Below, piece by piece: positions 1 to 10,105 of a stretch of DNA of 64,000 bases; within the stretch, counting starts at the first letter, position 1; each line of letters begins with the position of its first letter. This DNA is from an uncultured Gemmataceae bacterium. GTDB taxonomy: Bacteria; Planctomycetota; Planctomycetia; Gemmatales; Gemmataceae. The position numbers were made by a program, and so were the translations under genes. The notes under the pieces were generated by a model, which ran no database searches, was not told the DNA's origin, and saw nothing but the letters and a program-made list of their open reading frames with translations. The stretch spans positions 640,001 through 704,000 of the forward strand of contig CAVVPN010000012.1 of the NCBI GenBank assembly GCA_963750165.1, written 5' to 3'.

Positions 1-1351
1 GCGGGTCGAAGTAGGAACTATGGTTGGCGACGACCAGCAGTGGCCCGTGGACGGGAATCCGGTCCAGGCCCGGCCCGGTGGCGCGGACGCGGTACAGCGG
101 CCACATGAGCAGTTCCACCCCCAGTTCAAGGAACACGACCGCCAGCAACCGCCAGCATACCGCCACCAGCAACACTGCCAGCGCCGCCACCACCCAGAAC
201 TGGCCCAGCGGCGGCAGACCCAGACGCACCAGGCCGACCAGCGTCACCGCCAGGGCCGTCATGGCGACGTACTCGAACAGCTGCCGCACAGCCATGCCGT
301 TGCCGCGCGTGTCCGCCGGGACGTTCGCCTGGTAGGCCGCCGCCAGCGGCACGTTGGCCAGCCCGATCACGAACCCCAGGAACATCGCCAGCACCGGGCC
401 GGTGTCGCCGGTGAGCGCCGCCAGCGCCAGCCCCAACGCCAGGCCCGTCGCCCCGAGGGGCACCAGCCCCAGCGCCCGCCGCGGGTGCCGCTGCACGCCG
501 GCCAGCAGCGAACCAGCCGCCGCCCCCAGGCCGAGCCACAGCCCGATCCACATCACGTCCGCGACCTGCTGTGGGCCGGTCTGGTTCTCGTGTCGGCTGA
601 ACACGACCGCCAGCAGTGCCCCGGTGGACCCCGCCACCAGGCCGCGCAGCCCCGCCATCGTCAGCAGCGCGAGTCGCGCTTCGCGGACCTGGAAAATCCG
701 CCGCACGTCTCCGAAGAAGTCGCGCACGGCGGCGGCTGGCGGCTCGGGCCGGCGCACGTCGCCGCGGAAGCGCGCCGGCAGGGCCGTCACCAGGCAGACC
801 GCGCTGAGCGCCAGTGCCAGCGCCACCGCCGGCGGCGGCCCGGCCTCGCCGAGCAGTTCGGCCGGCACCGTCCAACCGCCCCGGGTGAACTGGTAGCCGG
901 CGACGAGGCCGAACACGATCGCCAGGGCGGCGCCCATCTCAATGAGGCCGTTGACGCGCGTCAGCGGCACCTGGGTTTCCTCGGCGGCGGCCGGCAGCAC
1001 GGCGTAGCGCGTCGGGTAGTAGATGACTGAGCCGAGTGCCAGCAGGCCCCAGAGTGCCAGCCACGGCAGACCGAGCAGCGCGCCGCCGCCGATCACCGCG
1101 AGACAATAGGCGGCGGTGCCGACCAGGACCCAGCGGCGCGGCAATGTGTTGCTGAGCGCGCCGTTGAACGGCGCGAACAGAATGGCGGGCGCCATGAACA
1201 GCGCGATCACGACATGCCAGGCCGCCTCCCGCTCCTGGGCCCCGCCCTCGGCCAGCTGGAGGATGACGAAGATGCGCAGGCAATAGTCCGCCATCAAGCG
1301 GGTACTCTGCGACAGCCACAGCGAGGCCAGGCGGAAGCGCGCGTGCCACAC
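1..1351 (-). CDS. MFS transporter fused to a PlsC-type acyltransferase (LplT/Aas-like); 3' part runs off the window
   Basis: Read by hand (not in the ORF track): GAGGAG then GTG at 1351, MWHARFRLASLWLSQ..., many hydrophobic helices, then GPLLVVANHSSYFDP (NHxSxxD acyltransferase motif) at the window edge. Confidence 0.8.
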   Translation of the reverse strand, partial: MWHARFRLASLWLSQSTRLMADYCLRIFVILQLAEGGAQEREAAWHVVIALFMAPAILFAPFNGALSNTLPRRWVLVGTAAYCLAVIGGGALLGLPWLALWGLLALGSVIYYPTRYAVLPAAAEETQVPLTRVNGLIEMGAALAIVFGLVAGYQFTRGGWTVPAELLGEAGPPPAVALALALSAVCLVTALPARFRGDVRRPEPPAAAVRDFFGDVRRIFQVREARLALLTMAGLRGLVAGSTGALLAVVFSRHENQTGPQQVADVMWIGLWLGLGAAAGSLLAGVQRHPRRALGLVPLGATGLALGLALAALTGDTGPVLAMFLGFVIGLANVPLAAAYQANVPADTRGNGMAVRQLFEYVAMTALAVTLVGLVRLGLPPLGQFWVVAALAVLLVAVCWRLLAVVFLELGVELLMWPLYRVRATGPGLDRIPVHGPLLVVANHSSYFDP

Positions 1352-1503
1352 GGGCAGGCTCCTCTTGGGGACAGCGGTTTGGGGCGTCGTCACACCATAG
1401 CCGATGCGTGCGGTGCTTGTCCACTGGGGGTGTGCCTTTCAACGTAGTTAGTAACGAGTGATGGTCTTTTTTCTTTGTGTTCCTTGGTGGTGCGCCCTTC
1501 CGC

Positions 1504-2263
1504 TCACAGATCCGGGATTTGCCAGTTGATCGGCTGCTTGTCCAGTTTTTCCAGCGCCTCATTGATCTTCGAGAACGGCTTGCTGCCCATGAACAGCTTC
1601 ACCGACAGCGGCGACGGGTGCGCCGCCTTGAGCACGCGATGTTTGTCCTCGTCGATCAGCTTGGCCTTCTTCTGCGCGTAGCCGCCCCACAGCGCGAACA
1701 CCACCGGGTCGTCGCGGTCGCTCAGCGCCTTGATGACGGCGTCCGTGAACTTCTCCCAGCCCTTGCCGGCGTGCGAGTTCGGCGCGCCCTCGCGCACCGT
1801 CAGCACGGCGTTGAGCAGCAACACACCCTGCTCCGCCCACGGCATCAGGTAGCCGTTGTTCGGGATGTCGTAGCCGTACTCCGCTTGCAGTTCCTTGAAC
1901 ATGTTCAGCAGCGAGCCCGGCAGCCGCACGCCCGGCCTCACCGAGAAGCACAGGCCGTGCGGCGTGGTGGACGGTCGGGTACGGGTCCTGGCCCAGCAGC
2001 AGCACCTTCACGTCGTCGTAGGGCGTCGCCCAGAAGGCGGCGAACACGTCCTCCGGCGGCGGGAACACCGTATGCTCCGTCCGCTCCTCGGCGATGAATT
2101 CCTGCAACTGCTTGAAATACGGCTTCGTCAGTTCGGCGCCGACCACCGCCTGCCAACTCGGCGGCAGTTCGAACTCGCCGTGGCCGCCGCCCGGCGTGGC
2201 GTGGCCGGCGCCGACACGCTTCACCTTCGCCGCCGGCTTTTTCGCGGGTTTCTTCTTCGCCAT
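1504..2263 (-). pseudogene. ung: Family-1 uracil-DNA glycosylase split by a 1-nt frameshift near 1960 (real or assembly error)
   Basis: [11 protein letters not shown] in one frame; [38 protein letters not shown] and HPSPLS in the next frame; one extra base in cac-gcc-g-cac-ggc. Confidence 0.85.
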
Positions 2264-2935
2264 CGGTTGCTCCTCCTCGTCCGCGTCTTCGTGGCCGCCT
2301 GCGCCGACGCCGATCTTCGGGCACAGGTCGTTCAGGACGCACGCGGAGCACTTCGGAGCGCTGGCGGTGCAGGTGTAGCGGCCGTGCAGCACCATTGCCG
2401 GGCCGAAAGCGACCCACTCGTCCTGTGGCACCGCGGCCATCAAGTCCTGTTCGATCTTGTCCGGGTTGTCGTGGTCGGTCAGGCCCAGCCGCTGACTGAC
2501 GCGGGCCACGTGTGTATCGACGATGATGCCACTGGGGATCTGGTAGGCGTTGGTCAGCACCACGTTCGCCGTCTTGCGGGCCACCGCCGGCAGGGTCAGC
2601 AGGTCGTCCATGTCGCGCGGCACCTCGCCGCCGTAGCGATCCACCAGCGCCCGGCAGGCGTTCTTGATCGCCTTGGCCTTGTTACGGTAGTAGCCGGTTG
2701 GCCGCACCATCTCTTCCAGCTCCCCCAGGTCCGCGTCGGCGAAGGCGGCCGCGTCGGGGTACTTCGCGAACAGCGCCGGCGTCACGCGGTTGACGCGCTC
2801 GTCGGTACACTGCGCCGCCAGGATGGTCGCCACCAGCAACTGCAGGGGGTTTTGCCAGTCCAGCTCGTAGCGCGCGTTCGGGTGGGCCTGGCGCAGCCGG
2901 TCGATGATGGTGGGTAGGTGGGTGGTGTCGGCCAT
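2264..2935 (-). CDS. nth: Endonuclease III domain (HhH-GPD, 4Fe-4S); N-terminal half of an Nth-Ung fusion ORF with no stop before ung
   Basis: LLVATILAAQCTDERVN, LPAVARKTANVV, VDTHVARV and C-x6-C-x2-C-x5-C cluster; GGAGGAG before ATG 2935. Confidence 0.92.
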
Positions 2936-3264
2936 GTGCTCCTCCGCGTGCCGGGTGATGAGATGGTGGGATTGTACCGCCCGCCCGCGCCAACTGCACG
3001 CCCGGCAGGGGCCAATTTTTTCAACCGCAGTCATAGGGTGTGCCTCTGGAATGCGGCGAGCGGCGCGGCGGCCTGACGCCGCGCCGCTCGCCAAAATCGA
3101 GTGGAGCACCGCAGTCTTAAACCGCTCTTGCGTTGCACAACGGCCCTGGTTATATCCCTCCCCTCTCGAACTAGCATTCAGACAGTCCGGAACCATCGGG
3201 GATTCCGCGCACCCGGCGGCGGCTGCGTGCGGGGTGGGGATTTTCATTGCGAAGGAGTCGGGAC

Positions 3265-4485
3265 ATGGTTCTGTACGGCCAGCGCAAGCTGCTCCTGCTC
3301 GTCAGCGCTCTGGTGGGGCCGTGCCTGGCAACCGTGGGCTGCCAGTCCGATCTGGGGCTGATGGGACCGTCCGTCATCGGCGGCTCCAGCGTTCGCTACA
3401 CCGGCGACGGCGGGCGCTACGCCACCGGCCCCAGCATGGGCGGCTCCGGCACGGCGTTCACGTACCCGCCGGGCGTGCCCCGGCCGGTCGCGCCGGCCGC
3501 GCCGGTCGTCCAGGCGTCGTACCAGAATCCGGGCGGCCCGCTGGCGGACCAGAACGGCCAACCGCCGGCCGACGCCGCGCCGCTGCCGCCCTGCCTCCCC
3601 AACCCGTGGGGGCCGTGCCCGACCGAACTCAACAAGGTGTCGCATCCGCCGTACACCATCGCACCGCCGGACATCCTGAGCATCGAGGCGCTGAAGCTGG
3701 TGCCGAAGCCGCCGTACCGCGTCGAACCGCTGGAGATCCTGACCGTCGAGGTGTCCGGCACGATACCCAAGCAGCCGATCAAGGGGTCGTTCACGGTGGC
3801 GCCGGACGGCACCATCAACCTGGGCTTCGGCTACGGCAGCGTCCTCGTTGCGGCGATGACGCTCGAGCAAATCCAGAACGCCATCCGCACGCATCTGAAC
3901 GACCAGTTGAAGAGCCCGCAGGTAAGCGTGTCGCTGGCGCAGTACCGCGCCATGCCGCAGCTGGGCGGCAAGCACCTGGTACGGCCGGACGGCACCATCG
4001 ACCTGGGCGCCTACGGCAGCGTTTACGTCGCCGGCCTGACGCTGTCCCAGGCCAAGGGCGTCATTGAAGAGCACCTGTCCGGGTGGATTTTGAACCCGGA
4101 GATCGCCATCAACGTGGGTGCCTACAACAGCAAGGTCTACTACGTGGTCGTGGACTACGGCAGCTGGGGCCAGGAGGTGTTCCGCTTCCCGATCACCGGC
4201 AACGAGACCGTGCTGGACGCCATCACCATGATCGATGGCTTGCCGCCGGTGGCCTCCCGGCACCGCCTCTGGCTGGCACGGCCCGCGCCGCCGCAGTACG
4301 GCTGTGACCAGATCCTGCCGATCGACTGGATGGCGATCGTCTCGGGCGCCAGCACGGCGACGAACTACCAGTTGTTCCCCGGCGACCGCCTCTTCATCTC
4401 GGCGAATCAGCGGTGCGCGCTATGCAACTGGCTGGCGCAGTGCTTCGCGCCGATCAAACGGGTCTTCGGCGGCGATGGACCCTGA
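3265..4485 (+). CDS. Polysaccharide biosynthesis/export lipoprotein (Wza-like, two Poly_export domains)
   Basis: Lipobox-like TVGC; YTIAPPDIL, VAPDGTINLG and VRPDGTIDLGAYGSV; ITGNETVLDAI; TNYQLFPGDRLFI. Confidence 0.85.
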   Translation: MVLYGQRKLLLLVSALVGPCLATVGCQSDLGLMGPSVIGGSSVRYTGDGGRYATGPSMGGSGTAFTYPPGVPRPVAPAAPVVQASYQNPGGPLADQNGQPPADAAPLPPCLPNPWGPCPTELNKVSHPPYTIAPPDILSIEALKLVPKPPYRVEPLEILTVEVSGTIPKQPIKGSFTVAPDGTINLGFGYGSVLVAAMTLEQIQNAIRTHLNDQLKSPQVSVSLAQYRAMPQLGGKHLVRPDGTIDLGAYGSVYVAGLTLSQAKGVIEEHLSGWILNPEIAINVGAYNSKVYYVVVDYGSWGQEVFRFPITGNETVLDAITMIDGLPPVASRHRLWLARPAPPQYGCDQILPIDWMAIVSGASTATNYQLFPGDRLFISANQRCALCNWLAQCFAPIKRVFGGDGP

Positions 4486-4669
4486 CGCCCCGCGCGCTGA
4501 TTTCGATTGATCTTCCCCAGGCGACGCGGCCGATGTTCAGAGTGTGCGGACAAATCCGGTGTGATCGGTTCTGCGGATGGGAACGCCAGGTTGACAGCAG
4601 GGCAGCCGTGTGCAGCGCCTTGCTGAAACGCTGAGCCAGGCGGACGGCCAGCCATCAAGGAGGATGGAC

Positions 4670-5194
4670 ATGTCTGCGAAACGGATGTGGCTGAGGCTGG
4701 CCGGGCTGTGCCTGGCGGTGGTGCTGGGCGCGGCCACGACGGCGGCGGCCCAGCAGTGCGAATCCGGCGGCCCGACCGGTGCCGCGCTGGCCGGTAGCTC
4801 GGGGGTCGGCGGCAATCTGTTCTCCGGCGGTGGCGCTTGCCTGACTGGCGGGCCGGTGCTCGGCAATTTGTTCGGCGGTGCCACTCCAACAAGCGGTTGT
4901 GCCACCTGCAACCGGTTCCTCTGCCCGCCGATTTACTTTCATTGCCAGGAAGGGCCGCCGTGCATCAAGATCCAGTGCGGCTGCCCGCGGCCAGTGAGTT
5001 GCCCCTGCGACCAGCCCGGCTGGGGCTACTATCAGACCACCTGGCGGCAGTGGCCGGGCGGCGGCCCCAATTGTTCGCCAGGCCCCGTGCTCGGCCCCCA
5101 GGCAGCTTTGCCGTATGCGTCGCTCGGATCGCCACCCAGCCCGCCCGCACCGGAAGGGCCGGCACCCCGCAAGATCAATCAGCCGGCGCCTTGA
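4670..5194 (+). CDS. Secreted Cys/Gly/Pro-rich hypothetical protein
   Basis: GGAGGA RBS, signal peptide, 13 Cys, WGYYQTTWRQWP motif. Confidence 0.6.
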   Translation: MSAKRMWLRLAGLCLAVVLGAATTAAAQQCESGGPTGAALAGSSGVGGNLFSGGGACLTGGPVLGNLFGGATPTSGCATCNRFLCPPIYFHCQEGPPCIKIQCGCPRPVSCPCDQPGWGYYQTTWRQWPGGGPNCSPGPVLGPQAALPYASLGSPPSPPAPEGPAPRKINQPAP

Positions 5195-5213
5195 CCCGGC
5201 GGCGGTCAAACGC

Positions 5214-5254
5214 AAAGGGCGTCCCGGATTCCTGGAATCCGGGACGCCCTTTTT
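5214..5254. terminator. Bidirectional intrinsic terminator-like hairpin between convergent genes
   Basis: AAAGGGCGTCCCGGATTCC-T-GGAATCCGGGACGCCCTTTTT. Confidence 0.75.
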
Positions 5255-5277
5255 CGTTCGCCGCGGCCGGGGCCGCG

Positions 5278-6258
5278 TCAGGGCACGTCCGTGCTGTTGA
5301 TCGCTTCTCTACCCTGCGTGGTGCTGATGGCCTGCCAGATGGTGAGGTTAATGCTGTTGTTGACCCAACCGACGTGACCGTCGCAGAAAACGACGTTGAC
5401 GCCGCCGGAGCCGTTGTGCAGGCTGCGGGCGACCTGCATGCGCGGCAACGTGGTGGTCGCGGTCGTCGTGCAGGGGATGTTGTACGTCGCGGCGACGTTG
5501 CAGGTGCCGCCGCTGATGACATCCGGGGCGTTGGCGTTCGGCAGGTTATAGGTCGTGAACCCGGTGGCGCCGCCCCACCAGGCATAGCCGCGCAGGTCAC
5601 CGCCTTGCCCCTGGATGATTTCGGAGGCCATGAGCGTGTTGGAGGTGCCATCGACAATGCTCGACAACCGCACCTGGCCGCCGGTGTTGGGCGTCCAGCC
5701 AGTCAACGTTGCAGACGGGGGGCCGTCGCCGAGGCTGCTGAGCCAGGAACTCGGGTAGGCGGGAAAGGGCGCGCCGCCATAGACGACGCCGTTCAGGTTC
5801 GCCTGGTACATGCTGGTGTTGCCGAAATTGACCACGTAGTTGTGGTAGGTGATGGAGTTGCTGTTGCCGGGGTCCACCGGACAGGTCAGGGAGGGGATGC
5901 GCAGGTCCGTGACCAAATTGTTGGGGGCCGCAGCATAACGCGGGCCGGTGGCGTCGTTGCCCCCCAGGTTGGTGTACATGTTCGCCATGTTCTGCTGCTC
6001 CAGGAAAGGCAGGATGTACATCATCCAGGTGCCCCAGCAGCAGCCCCACGGCCCGGTGCCGGGTGGCAGGAACTTGTGCTGGTCGTGGTAGTTTTGCATG
6101 GCGATGCCGAGCTGGTGCAGATTGTTCTGACACTGGGCGTTGGCCGCCGCGGCGCGCACTTTTTGCACGGCGGGCAACAGCAGGCCGATGAGGATGGCGA
6201 TGATGGCGATCACCACCAGTAACTCAATCAGCGTGAACCCTCGCCGACGGAAACACAT
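5278..6258 (-). CDS. DUF1559 prepilin-type N-terminal cleavage/methylation protein
   Basis: GFTLIELLVVIAIIAILIGLLLPAVQKVR, DGTSNT and the H-X9-DG-type motif HNGSGGVNVVFCDG. Confidence 0.95.
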   Translation of the reverse strand: MCFRRRGFTLIELLVVIAIIAILIGLLLPAVQKVRAAAANAQCQNNLHQLGIAMQNYHDQHKFLPPGTGPWGCCWGTWMMYILPFLEQQNMANMYTNLGGNDATGPRYAAAPNNLVTDLRIPSLTCPVDPGNSNSITYHNYVVNFGNTSMYQANLNGVVYGGAPFPAYPSSWLSSLGDGPPSATLTGWTPNTGGQVRLSSIVDGTSNTLMASEIIQGQGGDLRGYAWWGGATGFTTYNLPNANAPDVISGGTCNVAATYNIPCTTTATTTLPRMQVARSLHNGSGGVNVVFCDGHVGWVNNSINLTIWQAISTTQGREAINSTDVP

Positions 6259-6319
6259 GGCTGACCTCCCCTGGAAGAAACTCCGACAAGCGGAATGAAA
6301 AACCCTGGAGTCTTACCTG

Positions 6320-6760
6320 CTAGGTCTTGCGCTTCGGGATGTTGAAATTGAACGTGTTGGGTTCGCCGTCCTTCACCTCGACGAACTGTTTGGAATCGGT
6401 GCTCCATTCGGGCGGCAACGGGTCGAGGTTGCGGGCAGGGCCGGACGGGCCAGGCGGCATCCCCTTGTTCGCGGCCGAGCTTTCGCCGGCGTGAACGCTC
6501 ACCTTGTACTTGCCCGCGGCCAGACCCTTGTTCCTGGAAATCCGGTACTCCCCGTTGACGATCTGGGCGCCGTCGCGGGTGCCCTGGCCGTCCTGTGGTT
6601 CAAAAAAAATGACGCCGTCCTCAATGGGCTGGTCGCCGAAGGTGACCTTGCCGGTAATCTCGTTCCGCACGGGCTCACTTTTGCCGCCGCAACCGCCAAG
6701 GAACCCGAGGCAGCTCAGCCCGAACAACAGGCAGAACGTTTTCGCAGCACCACCGTGCAT
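6320..6760 (-). CDS. Small lipoprotein (carboxypeptidase-regulatory-like fold), usual DUF1559 partner
   Basis: Lipobox LGGC; ITGKVTFGDQPIEDGVIFFEP, GLAAGKYKVSV, NTFNFNI. Confidence 0.8.
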   Translation of the reverse strand: MHGGAAKTFCLLFGLSCLGFLGGCGGKSEPVRNEITGKVTFGDQPIEDGVIFFEPQDGQGTRDGAQIVNGEYRISRNKGLAAGKYKVSVHAGESSAANKGMPPGPSGPARNLDPLPPEWSTDSKQFVEVKDGEPNTFNFNIPKRKT

Positions 6761-7030
6761 GACCAAACCCCCTGCGGTAGCGACTGGGTCTGAACTCAGT
6801 TCCTGCGGCCATCCTGGCTTTGGGCGAGATGCCACCAACCCGGTGGAGGAGAGAGCGGTTGTAAAAGTGAGAGAGGTATGGGAGTTTAATTTATGGTTCG
6901 GAGAGGGGTGTGTCAACAAAAAAATCGACCGCGGCAATACAATCGGAGCCCGAGCGCCGGCGAGAAGCAACGCTGCCCCGCGCTGGCGCTCGGGCTCCGA
7001 CCCATCACGAACATGCAAGGCGCTGCCGCA

Positions 7031-7678
7031 TCAGGCTTGCGGCGGGTTCTGCGGAGTGGGCGCCGGCGCCTGGCCGGTGGCCGGCGGTGCCTCGCCCTGC
7101 GGTTGCTGTGCGGCCTCGCCCTGTGGCGGCTGGGCCGGCGCCTCGCCACCTGCCGGTGGGGGCGCGGCGCCCTCGGTGGGCGGAGTTTCCTGCGGCGGCT
7201 CCTCCTGCTGCTGCGTCTCGTCCTCGACCTGCGGCGCCGGGGCCGGCTCGTGCAACCGCACCTTGGTTTCGCCTTCCTTGAGCAGTTCCAGGAAGGCGGT
7301 CTCGCCGCCGTCGCCCAGGCGGCGCTGCGTCCGCTTGATGACGCGCGTGTAGCCGCCCGGCCGGTTGGCGTAGCGCGGCGCGATCTCCTCGAACAACTTC
7401 TTGACGATGTCGCGGTGGTCGGCGTCGTCGCCGGTGCCAGGCTTGACCTCGGCGTGACCGGCGCCGCCCAGGCGGGCAGTCACCAGCCGGCGGGCGTGCA
7501 GCGTGTTGCGCTTGGCCAGCGTGATGAGCCGCTCCACGAACGGCCGGGCCTCCTTGGCCTTGGCGACGGTGGTGATGATCCGCTCATGGCGGAACAGCGC
7601 CATCGCCAGGTTGCGGAACAGGGCCAGGCGGTGCGTCGCGTTGCGGCCGAGTTTGCGGCCGGCTTTCAGGTGTCGCAT
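7031..7678 (-). CDS. rplQ: 50S ribosomal protein L17 with an acidic Pro/Gln-rich C-terminal tail
   Basis: MRHLKAGRKLGRNATHR, IITTVAKAKEAR, RPGGYTRVIK. Confidence 0.97.
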   Translation of the reverse strand: MRHLKAGRKLGRNATHRLALFRNLAMALFRHERIITTVAKAKEARPFVERLITLAKRNTLHARRLVTARLGGAGHAEVKPGTGDDADHRDIVKKLFEEIAPRYANRPGGYTRVIKRTQRRLGDGGETAFLELLKEGETKVRLHEPAPAPQVEDETQQQEEPPQETPPTEGAAPPPAGGEAPAQPPQGEAAQQPQGEAPPATGQAPAPTPQNPPQA

Positions 7679-7692
7679 GGTCAATTCCTTCG

Positions 7693-7781
7693 ATTGCCAA
7701 TTGCAAATTGCAGATTGCAAATTGAAATACAGGAAACGGCGCCGTCTTTCAATTTGCAATCTGCAATTTGCAATTGGCAAT
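7693..7781. repeat. Perfect 35-bp inverted repeat built of ATTGCMR-like heptamers
   Basis: Arms 7693-7727 and 7747-7781 are exact reverse complements. Confidence 0.9.
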
Positions 7782-7785
7782 TCCG

Positions 7786-8787
7786 TTAGCGGCGCAGCGA
7801 GGACGGCAATTTCATCCCCAGGTGCAGACCGCGTTCCTGCAGTTTGGCCTTCACTTCCTTCAACGTCGTCTCGCCGAAGTTGCGCACCTCCAGCAGTTCC
7901 TCGTCCGTGCGGATAACCAGGTCGCGGACGGTGGTGATGCCTTCGGACTCCAGGCAGTTGGTCGCCCGCACCGACAGTTCCAGCTCGGCCAGGCTCATGT
8001 TGAGCTTGCGCTCCAGTTCGTGATCGGGCGCCTCCACGGTGGTTGGCGTATCGGCCCGGTCGTCCAGGGCGATCTCGGGGCCGGCCTCGGCGTACTGGAT
8101 GAACGGGTTGAGGTGCTTGCGCATGATCTTGGCGCCCTCGACCAGCGCCAGCTGCGGGCTAATGGTCTCGTTCGTCCAGATTTCCATGACCAGGCGGTCA
8201 TAGTTGGTACGCTGGCCGACGCGCGTCTCCTCGATCTCGTACTTGACGCGCACCACCGGCGAGAAGCTGGAATCGACCGGGATGACACCGATCTCGCGTT
8301 CCTTGCCGGAGTTCTCGTCGGCGGTGCGGTAGCCGCGGCCGTTCTCGACGGTCATCTCCATGACGAAGGGCACGTCGTCGGTGAGCGTGGCGAGGATGTG
8401 CTCGGGGTTGATGATCTGCACCGCCTCGTCGGTGATGATGTTGGCGGCGGTGACGACGCCGCGCTCGTGCCGGTCGATGCGGATGATGCGCGGCGTTTCG
8501 CTGGAGTTCTTGACGACCAGGCTCTTGACGTTGAGGATGATGTCGGTCACATCCTCGACGACGCCGGGGATGGTGGTGATCTCGTGCTGAACGCCCTGAA
8601 TCTTGACGCGCGTGACGGCGCTGCCCTCCAGACTGCTGAGCAGAATACGGCGCAGGCTGTTGCCGACGGTGACGCCGAAGCCGCGCTCGAACGGCTCGGC
8701 GAAGAACTTGCCGTAGCTCGGCGACAGCGTGTCGCGGTCACAGCTCAGACGGTTGGGCAGTTCCAGGCCACGCCATTTGATACGCAT
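7786..8787 (-). CDS. rpoA: DNA-directed RNA polymerase subunit alpha
   Basis: [22 protein letters not shown]; alpha-[14 protein letters not shown] and [10 protein letters not shown]. Confidence 0.98.
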   Translation of the reverse strand: MRIKWRGLELPNRLSCDRDTLSPSYGKFFAEPFERGFGVTVGNSLRRILLSSLEGSAVTRVKIQGVQHEITTIPGVVEDVTDIILNVKSLVVKNSSETPRIIRIDRHERGVVTAANIITDEAVQIINPEHILATLTDDVPFVMEMTVENGRGYRTADENSGKEREIGVIPVDSSFSPVVRVKYEIEETRVGQRTNYDRLVMEIWTNETISPQLALVEGAKIMRKHLNPFIQYAEAGPEIALDDRADTPTTVEAPDHELERKLNMSLAELELSVRATNCLESEGITTVRDLVIRTDEELLEVRNFGETTLKEVKAKLQERGLHLGMKLPSSLRR

Positions 8788-8806
8788 GGAAAGCCTCCTT
8801 CAAAAT

Positions 8807-8909
8807 GTCATTAGTCATTAGTCATTAGTCATTAGTCATTAGTTCGCTGGGTTCCCGCTCCAGGGCAGAAACCCAGCGAACTAATGACTAATGACCAATG
8901 ACTAATGAC
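8807..8909. repeat. (GTCATTA)5 ... (TAATGAC)4 heptamer palindrome with inner stem
   Basis: Direct reading; inner arms GTTCGCTGGGTT / AACCCAGCGAAC. Confidence 0.9.
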
Positions 8910-9571
8910 TATCGACCACAGAATTCGATGATGAGCTGCTCCTGCAGCGGCTGGTCCGCCTGGGCCAGGCGCGGGTCCACGTCGCCGCGGGTTGGCAGCC
9001 GGGTCATCTGCGCCTCCAGGGCCTCTGCGTTAAGGATCACCAGGAAGTCGGGGATAGGCTGCGGGTGGTCCTGCTGCCGCTCCTTGACCAGCTTCTGCGA
9101 ACGGGCGCGCTCCTTGACCTTGATGGTGTCGCCCTTCTTCAGCAGCAGGCTTGGGATGTTGCAGACCCGGCCGTTGAGCAGCACGTGACCGTGGTTGACA
9201 ATCTGCCGGGCCGCAGCCCGTGACTGCGCGAAGCCGAGGCGGTGGATGACGTTGTCCAGCCGCCGCTCCATGATGCTCAGCAACTGCTCGCCGGTGTTTT
9301 CCGGCGAGCGCGACGCCAGCTCGAAGTAGCGGCGGAACTGGCGCTCCAGCACGCCGTAGAAGCGTTTGACCTTCTGCTTCTCACGGAGGCGGACGCCGTA
9401 CTCGCTCGATTTGCCGCGGCGATAGCCGTGCATACCGGGCGCCACGACGCTATTGCCGGCCTTGCGGCGGCTGACGGCGCACTTGGGGCTGTCGCAACGG
9501 CTGCCCTTGAGGTACAGCTTCATGCCTTCACGGCGGCACAACTGACAGACAGAATCCAGGTAACGTGCCAT
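8909..9571 (-). CDS. rpsD: 30S ribosomal protein S4 (Cys-containing form)
   Basis: MARYLDSVCQLCRREG, SEYGVRLREKQKVK, ERRLDNVIHRLGFA. Confidence 0.97.
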   Translation of the reverse strand: MARYLDSVCQLCRREGMKLYLKGSRCDSPKCAVSRRKAGNSVVAPGMHGYRRGKSSEYGVRLREKQKVKRFYGVLERQFRRYFELASRSPENTGEQLLSIMERRLDNVIHRLGFAQSRAAARQIVNHGHVLLNGRVCNIPSLLLKKGDTIKVKERARSQKLVKERQQDHPQPIPDFLVILNAEALEAQMTRLPTRGDVDPRLAQADQPLQEQLIIEFCGR

Positions 9572-9628
9572 GGCGGTAACATACTCGACAACAAAGGGTG
9601 ACAAAAGGTTCGCGCTGCGTTCCGTGGC

Positions 9629-9681
9629 GCAGACAGGAATGTCTGCCAGCCTCGGTGATTTGGCAGACAGGAATGTCTGCC
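9629..9681. repeat. Two direct copies of the REP-like palindrome GCAGACAGGAATGTCTGCC
   Basis: Copies at 9629-9647 and 9663-9681. Confidence 0.8.
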
Positions 9682-9702
9682 CCACGTTGGGAGGTTCATT
9701 GA

Positions 9703-10083
9703 TTATACGCGCCGCTTCTTGGGCGGGCGACAGCCGTTGTGCGGCAGCGGAGTGACGTCCTCGATGGCCTTGATGGACAGGCCGGCGGCCTGCAGGGCGG
9801 TGATGGCGGACTCACGGCCGGAACCGGGGCCCTTGACACGGACCTCGATCTCCTTGAGGCCGAACTTGGCGGCGCGTTCGGCGCAGGTCTCGGCGGCGCG
9901 CTGAGCGGCGAAGGGCGTGCTCTTGCGGCTGCCCTTGAAGCCGACAGTGCCGGCGGACGCGAAGCACAGGGCGTCACCGTTGGTGTCAGTGATGGTGACG
10001 ATGGTGTTGTTGAAGGTCGCCTTGATGTGGGCGATGCCCCGGCTGACGTTCCGCCGGGCCTTGCGTTTCTTGCTCTTGGCCAC
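9703..10083 (-). CDS. rpsK: 30S ribosomal protein S11
   Basis: [44 protein letters not shown]. Confidence 0.98.
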   Translation of the reverse strand: MAKSKKRKARRNVSRGIAHIKATFNNTIVTITDTNGDALCFASAGTVGFKGSRKSTPFAAQRAAETCAERAAKFGLKEIEVRVKGPGSGRESAITALQAAGLSIKAIEDVTPLPHNGCRPPKKRRV

Positions 10084-10105
10084 GTATCCACCTCTCGTAA
10101 GTCGA

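Noticed and set aside
7679..7780. N-terminal extensions of L17, S4 and L36 given by the ORF track
   Set aside because: They translate intergenic repeats or promoter DNA; the conserved proteins start at 7678, 9571 and 10742
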